Assembly: GCF_037042905.1 (NCBI RefSeq)
Contig: NC_087250.1
Span: 21,516,001-21,580,000 of the forward strand
Direction: 5' to 3'
Length of the DNA: 64,000 nt
Source: Lytechinus pictus
Lineage: Eukaryota
Translations under genes and position numbers: made by a program
Notes under the pieces: model-generated
What the model was told of the DNA's origin: nothing
What the model saw: only the letters and a program-made list of their open reading frames with translations
Databases searched by the model: none
Shown: piece by piece, positions 12,547 through 24,702 of the stretch
Position numbering within the stretch: position 1 is the stretch's first letter
Layout of the letters: every line of letters starts with the position of its first letter

Positions 12547-13407
12547 CTGGAAGATGTAACAAAAACATTGAGCAAAGTGAGTTAAACTACGTAATATCTG
12601 CCCTTGCAAACAAAGTAAATACATGAACATGATTGATATAGGTAGTTAAAATATGAAGTCATTTAATACAATAGTAAACATGTCGAATGTGAAAAATACA
12701 AATCGGTAGAATGTGTACAAAAAGAAGCATCGAAACTTGTTGCAGATATATTTACCATGTTTACACTACTTGATTTTTTTAAGTCTCACCATACAATGAG
12801 TATTAAAAATACACATGATAAGGCCATTACAGCTTTATAAAATATGCCTTAATCATAATAAATTTTAAGGATATTATCGGTTCATATAGATAATTATATG
12901 TTCTGCGGTCTCCGCTATCAGATGACACCAAATAAGTTAAATTTGCGTCAATTAGAATATAATATTTGATAATTACATGCTCTTTTCATATACTGACGTA
13001 ATTATTAATAGATACAGCGTGTCCCCCTAAAATGTCCCTCTGACATAGGGCTAAGTTTATTCTACAATGTGGTAGCATTCTCAAATAAATGTTCATGAGT
13101 AGAAAGCACATGATCTGACTTCTATGGATATTTTATTAGTCGCGCTTCAGAAGTTTTGTAAACACACTCTTTTACGTAAAAGTGATGCATTTTAGTCCAT
13201 TCCAAGTTTGCAGCATTGATACATTTCTTCATTGTCTATGGCATATTAACTCCTCTTTTTACATCCAGGATCTAAATAGGAACATTTCCCTAATCATATC
13301 CAGGATCATCGAATCACAAACTTGGGTATGTTCCCAAGGACAAGAAACATAACAAATTAAGTTTGTTTGACGAAAGATAATGGGAATCGATGCACCAACT
13401 TGGAAAG

Positions 13408-15564
13408 AACAAGTGGAATGCATCCGGCGGTCTCACCTGCATCACGCGATTCAATAAAGCAGCAGTGCTGACTTTGAAAACTACTATAAAATAATTATTC
13501 AGTGATAATTTTGTTATTCTTATGTCCAAGTTTCATGAATCACATCGATTAACTTTCAAAGTTATGATGGTAATTCAACAGATTCCCCCAAATGGCCGAA
13601 GTTCATTGACCTTCGACGTTGGTCATGTGACGTGAAATTCGCACAGGATGTTCAGTGATACTTGATTACTCTTATGTCCAAGTTTTATGAACTATACCAA
13701 TAAACTTTCAGTTATGATGTTAATTCAACAAATGCCCCTAATTTTGCCAAAGTTCATTGACCCTAAGTGACCTTTGACCTTAATCAGGTGACCTGAAACT
13801 TCCACAGGATGTTCAGTGATACTTGATTATTTTTATGTCCAAGTTTCATGAATCAGATCTCTAAACTCTTAAAGTTTTGTTGGTAATTCAACAGATGCCC
13901 CCAATTTGGCCAAAGTTCATTTACCCTACATGTAAATGACATTTGATCTTGGTTTTGTGATGTGAAACTCGGGCAGGATAATCAGTAATACTTGATTAAC
14001 CTTTTGTCCAAGTTTCATGAACTAGGTATATATATTTTCCAAGTTATGATGACATTTCAAAAACTTAACCTTACGTTAAGATTTTGCTGTTGATTTCCCC
14101 AACATGGTCTTGGTTCATTGACCCTAAATGACCTTTGACCTTAGTCATGTGACCTAAAACTCAGGCAAGATGTTTAGACATACTTGATTAACATTATGGC
14201 CAAGTTTCATGAACTAGGTTCATATACTTTCTACGTTATGCTGTCATTTCAAAAACTTAACCTTCGGTTAAGATTTGATGTTGACGCCGCCGCACAGTGG
14301 GCTGGGGCGAAACAAAAGTGCGCCAAAAGTCATTTTGGGCAATTTCAGATTTTTAATTTTTGTCATGCCCAGCTGAAAGACAACACTTTGGAGAATACTT
14401 CAGCAAAATATTTAATTCGGGAATTTGCATAAAGGTTGTTAATTTCCTACCTCAAATCGTAAAATGTGACATTTTGCGAAATGCTGCGTGTATGACAACT
14501 TACTTGAAAAACAAGCAATTTCACGGGAGGTTTTTCATGTAGGAATCTGAAATGGCACCCACATGATCCTGATATATTCTTTTTTTCGTGTGAAATGGTT
14601 CAAATTAGATAAAAGACACATTTCAGGAGGTTTATAGAACAATTATTCCTCGAAATAGGCTGATAATCCATGTTTTTAGCATTTACATTAGAAACGCTTA
14701 TATTTCCGTGGATTTCCGTTTAAATTCTATCATCATCATTTTGCCAGATGTCTAAGCTTTAAGTCGATACCAAATTTAGCTGCCCGTTTTTGCCCGTTTT
14801 CATGTTAGAGCCGATTTTACTTGGCACAACACCCTCAAACCTGTTCAAAAACGGTCATTTTTATACCGCGCAGTCATCGCAGCGCACCGTGTGGGGTGTA
14901 CATTGCCGTTCATTTTTGCACGGCGAGGACGATTCCCCCTTCCATTCCATGAAAAAGACATGAATTCCGGGCATAATGCAAACAAAATAAAGGTTGATAA
15001 CGCAAATAAGGGCTACCCGCCCCTCTTCCAGAGATAAGATTTACTTGTAGAATGATTTCAGCCAAAAGCCCTCCTCACAGTAAAACATTCGTGGTCCTAT
15101 ATACTCTGCGTTTTACCCAAGTCTACACCGCTTGATAAAGCACGGTTAAGTATTTTTTTAATCTAATGATCACTTTGATGCCATTAATTATTTTCAGGAT
15201 CTCATACACACTTGTTAGGCATGTGAGAAGGATAAACCAACATTCACTCTGGTCAATCTTAAAGTAACACATAACACAAAGTTTATATATATATACACTA
15301 CACATTGTTTAGCGTCATTTGTCTTTTCACAGATAGGTTTTAAGTAGCCAATCAAAATTTGGTATCAAAGTGACGTCATATCGGCTTTAAATTATGTTCA
15401 GTCGATTCTACGCCCAAAATTACCCTTAATCAACACGTTAAAATAAAAATACAACACGGAATATAATTTTGGCGCACTTTCAACTCATTCTGGCCCACTG
15501 TGCGCCGCCGCCGTCGGAAAAGCGGCGCCTATAGTATCACTCTGCTATGCAGGCGAGACAAAAA
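13408..15564 (+). mobile_element. DINE-1/Helentron-associated (HINE)-like repeat with ~150-bp tandem cores, interrupted by Transib
   Basis: Starts AACAAG. Subterminal inverted repeat GTCTCACCTGCAT / ATGCAGGCGAGAC. Tandem TGACCTTTGACC...TCCAAGTTTCATGAA units. GC hairpin near the 3' end. Confidence 0.6.
14293..15502. mobile_element. Non-autonomous Transib-type transposon with RSS-like termini
   Basis: Ends CACAGTGGGC / GCCCACTGTG, shared inner TIR block AAAGTGCGCCAAAA, perfect 5-bp GC-rich TSD CGCCG. No transposase ORF. Confidence 0.85.
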
Positions 15565-16490
15565 TGTGAATGATGGATTAGTAAAATAAGCTGAAAAATA
15601 AAGGGCAATCCACAAGTTAATCACCCTATGCTAAAGGAAACTTTATAAAAAATGACTTTTTTATTTTAAATACTTATATTGAATTAACTTGACCACTGCA
15701 GCTTATCATCTAAAAAAAATAAAAACGAAAATGCTGTATTAGGCATGAATAAAGCATGAAACAGACATAATCCGCTGTCTTAATCATTGTGCATCTCCTT
15801 TTATCAAACATGAAATGAACTGTCAGATATTGTTTTTGCCCTTCTGAACATGCTCAAGGTGATGATTTGATGAGCCTGGTTAGATCATGGAGATGTTCAA
15901 AGGGGGTTGATATGCTAGAAAGTAAAGAACACACAGCAGTGCTGCATGCATGCAAACTTGGAATGGGCTGAAAACACTGTTACGCAATAGACCATGTAGA
16001 CTGTGTATTCAAAACCAGTGAAGAGAGACCAATTATTTTTCATAGAAGTTAAAACATGATATGAGCTTTCTAGTTCTGTACATTTCATTGAGAATAATTG
16101 TATTTCTTAACTAATTAAGCCGAATATCATAGGGACATTGTTTTGGGGATGCGCTGAAGAGCGTGCATTTTAAACATGAAGCCCCCCCCCCCCCCACAAA
16201 AAAAGGGGGAGAATTATAAGGGGTAATAAATGACAATGAATATTGATCTACGCCCCTGTTTGTTCATTATTTGTATAATGCTAATCAGGTTCACACACCT
16301 AAATCGGTTTATGACATTAATTTTCAAATCATAAAATTGAACAAATATATATATTCAACATGATTCCCTTGAATATAGCAAACGAAAAATCTGTTTTTAA
16401 TGGGGGAGCCGGGTCGGAAGTTCATGATACATATTGATGCAATATTCTCATTTCAATGTAAAAGATTTAGAAGGTCTGGATAAAACCAAC

Positions 16491-16796
16491 CTGGAGTATT
16501 CAATGTCTCTTTGAAATAAGTTTCAGCAAGCATGACAAGCTTGGCATCAATGAGAGCTTGTTTCAGCCTAGGATGCTGATTGGATGGCTCCACGGCCTGT
16601 CTCCAGTCAAACAGCATGTCACGTGTTCCATTGAACGTGACTCGGTATCCCTTGTTGTTAGTAGCTGTGTATCTATTTATGGCTGCTTGTTCGAATCCGA
16701 GTGTTCGTGCCAATGCCGCCATTTGTTCATCTGTCTCGATGTTTTCAGCAAGTTTACAGAGAAGATCATCGGTAATACCCCCTAGACTCTCCATAC
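16491..16796 (-). CDS. NLR gene, DEATH-domain exon
   Basis: ITDDLLCKLAENI...LARTLGFEQAAINRY...MLFDWRQ...LKQALIDAKLVMLAE fits a death-fold pattern. Donor CCA G|GTTGGT (phase 1) joins the NACHT exon in frame. An acceptor gatag lies 2 nt before the ATG at 16794, so an upstream exon is implied. Confidence 0.88.
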
Positions 16797-16855
16797 CTAT
16801 CGTGCGATAAATGAAATTAGATGATTTGATCTTTTAAAAATACATTTCTAGACTA

Positions 16856-17308
16856 ATACCGTGTTTACACTTAATCGGCATTTGGTTCTGAACAAAATGC
16901 CGATGCAGAATCGGCATTTGGATTGCGTTTACACGTTGTTACAGCTCGCGGTTCAGAACCGCGAGCCGATGCAAAAACCTGATATGATACGCATACCAAC
17001 AATATACGTCATAATAAAGACAACGCTGGATCAGTGCGCTTGCAATTACGTCACAATGGTAAAGTAATTGAAATGCGCACAAATTGCCGGTGCAGAATCG
17101 GCTTTCAGTTTACACGTAGTAAAAAAGCCGATTCTGCATCGGCTCGCGGTTCAGAACCTACTACTTTACTGGTGCAAATTGCCGGTTCTGAACCGCGAGC
17201 CGATTCAAGTTGCTCGCGTTTACACGCTATGAAAAAGCCGATGCTGAATCGGCTCGCGGTTCAGAACCGCGAGCCGATTCAAATGCCGATTAAGTGTAAA
17301 CACGGTAT
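16856..17308. mobile_element. Palindromic MITE about 60 bp upstream of the DEATH exon acceptor
   Basis: TIR ATACCGTGTTTACACTTAATCGGCATTT / AAATGCCGATTAAGTGTAAACACGGTAT flanked by TA; internal GCTCGCGGTTCAGAACCGCGAGC hairpins. Confidence 0.85.
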
Positions 17309-20300
17309 TAATGGCCCGAATTCACAAAGGTCGACTAAAGTTATACCCGGGGTATAAAACGCGTAATTTGACGTCATTTTAATCCATGGACTAAAGTTAG
17401 CACCTAGGGGCTAACTTTTGCGATTCACAAAGGTGGACTAAAGTTATACCGGGGTATAAAACGCGTCATTTGACGTCACGATTTAGTCAGCTTTTTGGGG
17501 TGGACTAAATCGGTGGATTAAAGTTAGTCCACCGTTTTAACCAATCAGAGAGCAGCGTTGCGATTGCGGAAAAGTTTGCCGTAAGAAAAAAGTTTTTTGG
17601 ACGGAGACGAGATTTGGTGTGATCGGCTTATCTAAAGTAAAGCTTAAAATTTCACGACTTCAACCGAGATTGTAAGTAAATCACATAATTTTTTGGAGCT
17701 TAAATCATGACGGAGCCTTCAGTTCCATCAGTAAATATTATTGATAGCTTTAACTTTCCAAAAAGTATACTCGAAAACTTGAAATGGTATCTGAATCATT
17801 GTTATCGTCGCGTCTCTAAGGTGCTCAGTCCCAGCCATGTACTTTTGTGTGCGTTCATATCTATGAGCAGTGCAGTGCAGTGCGAGACGCAATTAGCGTA
17901 CACTACACAGGCAAGGTAGGCGTGATTGAAAGACCGATACTAGTTATGCCAGGCAGTGATTTTGAGTGATTCTCGATTTCGTGTGATTTTCATGAAATTT
18001 TTGTTGTCTACGATACCCCTGCCACTCCTCCTGGCTCTGCCAACACAATCTACTGTGCATCTAATTTTGTCTAAAGCAAGGCCAAGGCAAGGCCAGGACT
18101 CCTGGCAGGATAGCAGCAATACAATTTTATTTACAAATAATTTTTTTTTAAACACTAACGTTACAAATACAGAGCCGGTATACTATAGACATTTTACTCT
18201 GGGCTGGCTTTGCCTTGGCTTGGATAGATGGTCAAGCTATGAAGCTTACCTGGTAGCCATGTTAGAGTTAGTCCTACAACATCGTTGGAGTAAAAAAAAA
18301 ATATTATAATAAAATAAGGGTCACCTCTAAGACTAAGGCTAAGCCCTGATTAAATTATTTTTGGAAAAAAAAAAAAAAAAAAAGATTGGGTTCCACTCAC
18401 CGCTGTTTACTCCAACAGCTATAAATGAGCTGATTTTACTTTTACTAAAACTAAGTTTTACTGACCTTCGGCATCGCATTTGCGATCACTTATAGATTTA
18501 CGGTGTCGTCAAAACATTAAAAAATAATGGAAATCTTAGGCCTAATTAATAATTTGAGTAAATCTAACTGAGGTCTAACTTTGCAAATTCTCTCTTTTGG
18601 GGGTTATTTTCTCTACCCCACCCTCTTTGTTTCAAGTATTTTTTTTTTCACAAGGTGTCCTTCCAATGTTAAATTCACATGAGACCACAGACAAGTGCAT
18701 TGATCTTTAGTCCTCTACATTTGTAGTAGACCGATAAATAGGTTTATTTCTGTCAGGGATATGCTCCCCTGAGACTTCATGTGGCTCCGCAGCATCCCCT
18801 CCCACAAAAAAAATCAGAAAATGTTACAAGACTCATCTGAAACAGCGGATTTTATCAATCTACATTTGTAGCTGCTTTATTATTTTTTTAATATACTTTG
18901 ACATTGCAGTATGATTGATGAATAAATATTTTTTTCATAATTTTTTTTTCTTCCATATCAGCAACAGACCATACATACTCGGCAGATTGTGATCAATCAA
19001 GACAAGGCAAACATGGCTCACAATTTTGAACTGCTGTGCCGTCTTGCAAGAGAGTGAGGTATGCCTTATCAATTCATATTAAAAAAAAAAATTAAATGTA
19101 ATTAAAATGGCCTCTTTGAATAAAATATTATTTCCGGGATTTCAATTCATCATGTAATTGTAAATGTACCATGTGACATGTATGTTACTTTTTCATTCTT
19201 GTCATAGTAATTGACAAAAAAGAAGAGGGGGGACCTTGCTTGTGTGTTATTAACATATATATTTGTCTACTGGTCACTAGCTTTTTTTTAAAGGCTTGTT
19301 GATCTCCAATTAATCCTGACATTTTGTTGAATATTTATTTAAAAGAGAGAAAGAAAACATTGTCAGTCTGATGAATGCCGGGGGGGGGGGGGAGTAAAAA
19401 AAAAGGTTTAATGAGACTTTGATGAATATTCATGAAAATATGTTATTCGAAAGTCACTCGCAAGCAATAACCTCTATTTGTGTAAACAAAGTTCAATAAA
19501 ATTAGTGCCTTGCCTTCATTATTAAAGCCAATTGAAAGTGATTCACTTAATCAGTTTTCATAGAAGCATCTCTAAGACATCTGCCTGCATGCATTCTGTT
19601 GTCAATAGAAAAGGACGGTGTGCTACGGGTATTAAGCATTCCATTGGATTATCTGTGCATGAAAGTGGACACTTGTGATAAAAATATGGTAGCTTGGTTG
19701 ATAGGATGTATTCATGCATTCCGATTTATCATTATTGATCAAATGACCATCTTGCTTTTTAAAACCCAAAGTCACAACATTTTTCTTGTTTGACAAAAGG
19801 TTTGGGACGTGAATTCCAGGATATAAATGACACACATGATGGGCTAATGTATAAGCAGGGACACGAGAGGTATAAGCAACATTTTTTTGCTTAATTAAGT
19901 TTGGCATGAGATGGACTTGGTCTTTCTTATGATTCAAGTCGATTTTATACCAAGGTATGCCTTATCAATTCATATTTAAAAAAAAAATTAAATGTCATTA
20001 AAATGGCCTCTTTGAATAAAATATTATTTCCGGGATTTGAATTCATCATGTAATTGTAAATGTATCATGTGACATGTATGTTACTTTTTCATTCTTGTCA
20101 TAGTAATTGACAAAAAAGAAGAGGGGGGACCTTGCTTGTGTGTTATAGATTTGTCTACTGGTCACTAGCTTTTTTTTTAAGGCTTGTTGATCTCCAATTA
20201 ATCCTGACATTTTGTTGAATATTTATTTAAAAGAGAAAAAGAAAACATTGTCAGTCTGATGAATGCCGGGGGGGGGGGGGAGTAAAAAAAAAGGTTTAAT

Positions 20301-20739
20301 GAGACTTTGATGAAGATTCATGAAAATATGTTATTCGAAAGTCACTCGCAAGCAATAACCTCTATTTGTGTAAACAAAGTTCAATACAATTAGTGCCTTG
20401 CCTTCATTATTAAAGCCAATTGAAAGTGATTCACTTAATCAGTTTTCATAGAAGCATCTCTAAGACGTGCATGGTTTTATCAATGATGATGATCAGCAAC
20501 AATTGGCAGGGTTTTTTTCTTCACTTTTACAAGTAGGTAAATAAAAAAGCTACTAATGTCAATTATAATTTTCATCCGATGTTTTTTTAAGGATTTCTGT
20601 ATAATCTTTCACATTCTGTTTCTCATTTTAAACACTTTTGAATTAAATGAAATTCAAAGAGTAAATTGCCTGTTCATGGTGACTCTTCAACACAATCTTT
20701 CAACTTCCATGCAGATTCAGCAACACATAGAAAGACCAC

Positions 20740-22225
20740 AGCATGGATTAAGAGACAGGAAGAATCCATTTGAATACTACGAGGATGAACCTCTCAGAGT
20801 GGGGTACCAACAGAGAGGACCACACATTGCCTGTCATGTTACAGGTTTTGACAGGACTTTGTTTTTATGCCATTGGTGAGTTTTCATGTGCGAACTATAA
20901 AGCAGAAGGTAATTGGGGGGGGGGGTCAAATTATGTTCTATGAAAGTGATTCTCCAGGCCAAAAATAATGAGATTTTGATAAAGAACAATTCGACTAGCA
21001 AAAACCATCAATATTGGATGGAGAATTATGAATTGATTCAGTTTTAAAGTTTTACATTACTTGGGGGAAACAGTTCTGTGTATCTCATATGCAATATTCA
21101 TATCCCCACTCGTTCTCTAGTGATCTGAAATTATAATCATTAATTTTTTTCCTCCAGGAATGTAAAAATTGGGTTGACTGCTGATTATATATTTAAGATA
21201 GTTATTGCGAGTTCAGAATAATGTAAGGATCAAGGATTGGAAGTATCTAGTCATGAAAATTAAGTTTTATGTTTTGCTTAGCATGCAGATTTTCCATTTT
21301 AATTGTCGCCAGAGCAAATATCATGGAACCCTTATACATTCATGTGTGGAAAATGTGTGGATGTGACATCATCAGGCTACTTCTTCCATATTCATGATAA
21401 CATGTACATGTTTTACAGAAATAATTAATGCAAAACCTAATATTCATTATTAATCATCCAAATTGTATGATTTTTGTTTCTGCTTTCAGCCAGGAGAACT
21501 AGTAACCCCTTACATGGGAGGGGGAGTGTTGGGGGTATTTCACAGAAAGGTTTTTTTTCGGAATGAAACATGTAACCCTTTGGGTTGGAAATAGGTGGGG
21601 ATTTTATTTTTCTCTCATTTTTTACAATGTAGCAACATTTTTTAATACAAATATGTCATATTCAAGTGGGAAATTATCATGAAGGATGATTTATAACCAC
21701 CCAAAAAGAAATATTGGTATGTCATTTCAGCTACAGAGATATTCTCCATTTTGCATGGATAGTTATTGCAGTAGAGTTTTTTTTAATGAATCTAAGAAAA
21801 ATCTCTTTAAGCAGTTCCAGTGCATCATAAACATCAGGTCATAACAGAAGCATAATGTTTGCAAACGTAAATGGTAAAGTATCAATTGGCTTTCATATCA
21901 ATAAACCAATTACATAACATCACTTATCATTCGATAACTAAAGGTACCTTTTAGAAGATGCAAGCAGACGAAGCAACTATATCAGTCATCCGTGTGCAGA
22001 ATCATCAAAGATTTTTCTGAGGCAATAGCAAGGAGTAATAGTTAATGAAGTTTCCAATGACAAGAAATTCAAACCACCCATCGACAATTTGATGATTGCT
22101 ACAGGTTTCCAAGAGGCATAGGTGCTATCGATTGGGGCCAATCCGGGCCATGTCTACATCAGGAGTCCTGATGGGGAACAAGCCCTGTACTTAGCAGGAA
22201 GAACAGGTCTTCTGTAAATGTATAG
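20740..22225 (+). pseudogene. Decayed Harbinger (HARBI1-like) DDE transposase, N-terminal part, two exons
   Basis: LRDRKNPFEYYEDE; HTLPVMLQVLTGLCFYAIG | intron 20876-21943 | TF*KMQADEATIS/QSSVCRIIKDFSEAIAR; FPRGIGAID..HVYIRSPDGEQALYL/RKNRSSVNV. Stops and frameshifts present. Confidence 0.8.
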
Positions 22226-23534
22226 GTTGGTATACTCAATCAGTTTTCAATGTGATATTCTCTGTATTCAACACCTACTAGAGGTATGTGATAATGAAGA
22301 CAAAATATATTGGCCCCTACTACATGTATTTTACTGTCTTTTATCAAGTTTCAATCTTGTTGTTGGTCAAATTTTTTTGTAATTTTAAACTCTTAATATG
22401 TGAAATAAGACAATTTTAAAGATTTCACTGAAGAACAAAAATATAGATAATCTGCTAACTTTCCTATTGCAGGAGAAATTAAAAAGAGAAAAAATGCATT
22501 TTGCTTATTCAGGTAAAGGAGGTATTAATTGCTTGATCAATGAAGATATATTTCCAGAAAGAATACCGAAGATAACATTTTCTAATATTCATTTTGTTTT
22601 GATCCTTATTGCAGGTATTCGTTGCTCCCCTCTTTGATGAATTCCTGCCTGCATTCTGTTGTCAATAGAAAAGGACGGTGTGCTACGGGTATTAAGCATT
22701 CCATTGGATTATCTGTGCATGAAAGTGAATTGTGATAAAAATATGGTAGCTTGGTTGATAGGATGTATTCATGCATTCCGATTTATCATTATTGATCAAA
22801 TGACCATCTTGCTTTTTAAAACCCAAAGTCACAACATTTTTCTTGTTTGACAAAAGGTTTGGGACGTGAATTCCAGGATATAAATGACACACATGATGGG
22901 CTAATGTACATGTATAAGCAGGGACACGAGAGGTATAAGCAACATTTTTTTGCTTAATTAAGTTTGGCATGAGATGGACTTGGTCTTTCTTATGATTCAA
23001 GTCGATTTTATACCAAGTTTGTTTTAATCAACAATCAATGTTTGAAGCCTCATGATTTCAATTTTAAAACCTCTTTGTTAATTAAACAGTCATTTTTCTT
23101 AGCATATGCAGCTTCTTAATTTATCAAATTTAAATTATAAAATGTAATTTTTGCTGAATATCCTTTTTCCACCTATTTTCATAGGCCCTAAGATACATTT
23201 CTGTAGTAAGCACTATAAATACATTGCAAGCTATTATCATTTGTTTGATATTACTATTTTATAGAATCATCCTTTAATTTCTTTAAGAAATATATTTGAC
23301 AAATTACTTGTGATATTCATGCTTTAGCTGTTGAGTTTAAAATATTCATTAAACTTTTTTTAATCCATTGTTTATCTATTTTTATTCAGAGTTTCTGATG
23401 CATTGTTAAGAAAACGTAAACAGCCTATTCAATCTTCGTATCATTATGTAAAGAATATCAATCTACCTTAAAAAGTAATGCACTAAATAAACTGCTCTGT
23501 CTACTACACATGTACATATAAGTTTTGATTTTAA

Positions 23535-24106
23535 AGGTCAAGTCCTCCCCAGAAAAAAATCGATTTGAATTAATAGAAGAAAATCAACCGAGCATAATGC
23601 TGAAAATTTCATCCAAATCGGTTGTAAAATAGGAACGTTATGACATTTTTAGATTTGGCTTATTTTTCACAACACAGTTATATGCACAGATCAGTGACAT
23701 GCAAATGAGACAGTCAATGACGTCCTTCACTATTTCTTTTGTTTTTGTTGCTTGAATTGTACAACATTTCATTTTTTACAAATTTGACATTGAGGGCCAA
23801 CTTGATTAAACCAAAATTATAGTATTAAAATAATGCAAATCCCACATGTTCGGGGGGGGGGGGGGGGGGGACTAATCTTGGTTTCACTTGACAATGAAGA
23901 GAAAATTTGAATATTTCATCTAGTAGATTAAAAAGAAATAGTTTGCATGCCGACTGGGATGTACATATAAGTGTGTGGTCAAGCAAAACTTTAAAAATGT
24001 CATAATTTAATATCTTTACATCAGATTTTGATGAAATTTTCAGTGTTACGCTTGTTGGGTTTTTCTCTTTTTATTCAAATCAACTTTGTGGGGGTGGACT
24101 TGTCCT
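23535..24106. mobile_element. TTAA-type MITE nested in the Harbinger
   Basis: ttaa|AGGTCAAGTCCTCCCC ... GGGGTGGACTTGTCCT|ttta. Confidence 0.75.
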
Positions 24107-24589
24107 TTTATATCGTTTTCAAGTAATTGTGTCAGGAGAAAACAAAAATGAAATTCTTTTATCAATTCTGTCCATATGCTGCATGGTTCATCGTTCTTGC
24201 AGGAGGCAAAAAATAAATTTATATAAGAAAGACTTATTTTATTTACTTTCAGATAAAAATTGTGCTAAGGAGAGATGAAGGTTATGTGTAAGGCAGGGGT
24301 GGTGGTAATGGTATGTTGGTTAAGGTTGTTTATGAATAAAGTCAAGTGATTGCTTGCTTGTGCAGGAGGATATACTTCAAGAAACTTGTTGTAGGGTATA
24401 ATGCAAAATTATTATGATAGAATTTAATTGAGAGAAAAGTATTTGGCACGTTAAGATGCACAATAATGTACATGTGATGGAAGCAAATGAGAAATGAAAG
24501 GAGTAAAGGTAGCTACATGTGTCAATGAGAGAATGGCCAGTGGTGTTATAGCATAAATAGCACACATTATAGCACACATTGTGTGCGGG

Positions 24590-24702
24590 AATGACTGATT
24601 GAATCCGATGACCGGGGTAATAATATATCTGTAAAGCACTTAGACACGTCGTTCCGATGTATAAAGCGCTATATAAAAAACCGGATTATTATTATTATTA
24701 TA
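24590..24702 (+). mobile_element. 3' tail of a SINE or L2/CR1-type retroelement
   Basis: GTAAAGCACTTAGA...AAAGCGCTATATAAA...(ATT)n terminus. Confidence 0.5.

Larger units (their letters stand above)
13015..16156. mobile_element. Old Tc1/mariner-like non-autonomous element hosting nested insertions
   Basis: ta|CAGCGTGTCCCCCTAAAATGTCCCT versus reverse complement of the right end CAGCGCATCCCCAAAACAATGTCCCT. Confidence 0.6.

Noticed and set aside
19599..23000. Duplicated small ORFs (MSIEKDG..., MNHKKDQ...)
   Set aside because: By-product of the recent internal duplication; no domain features.
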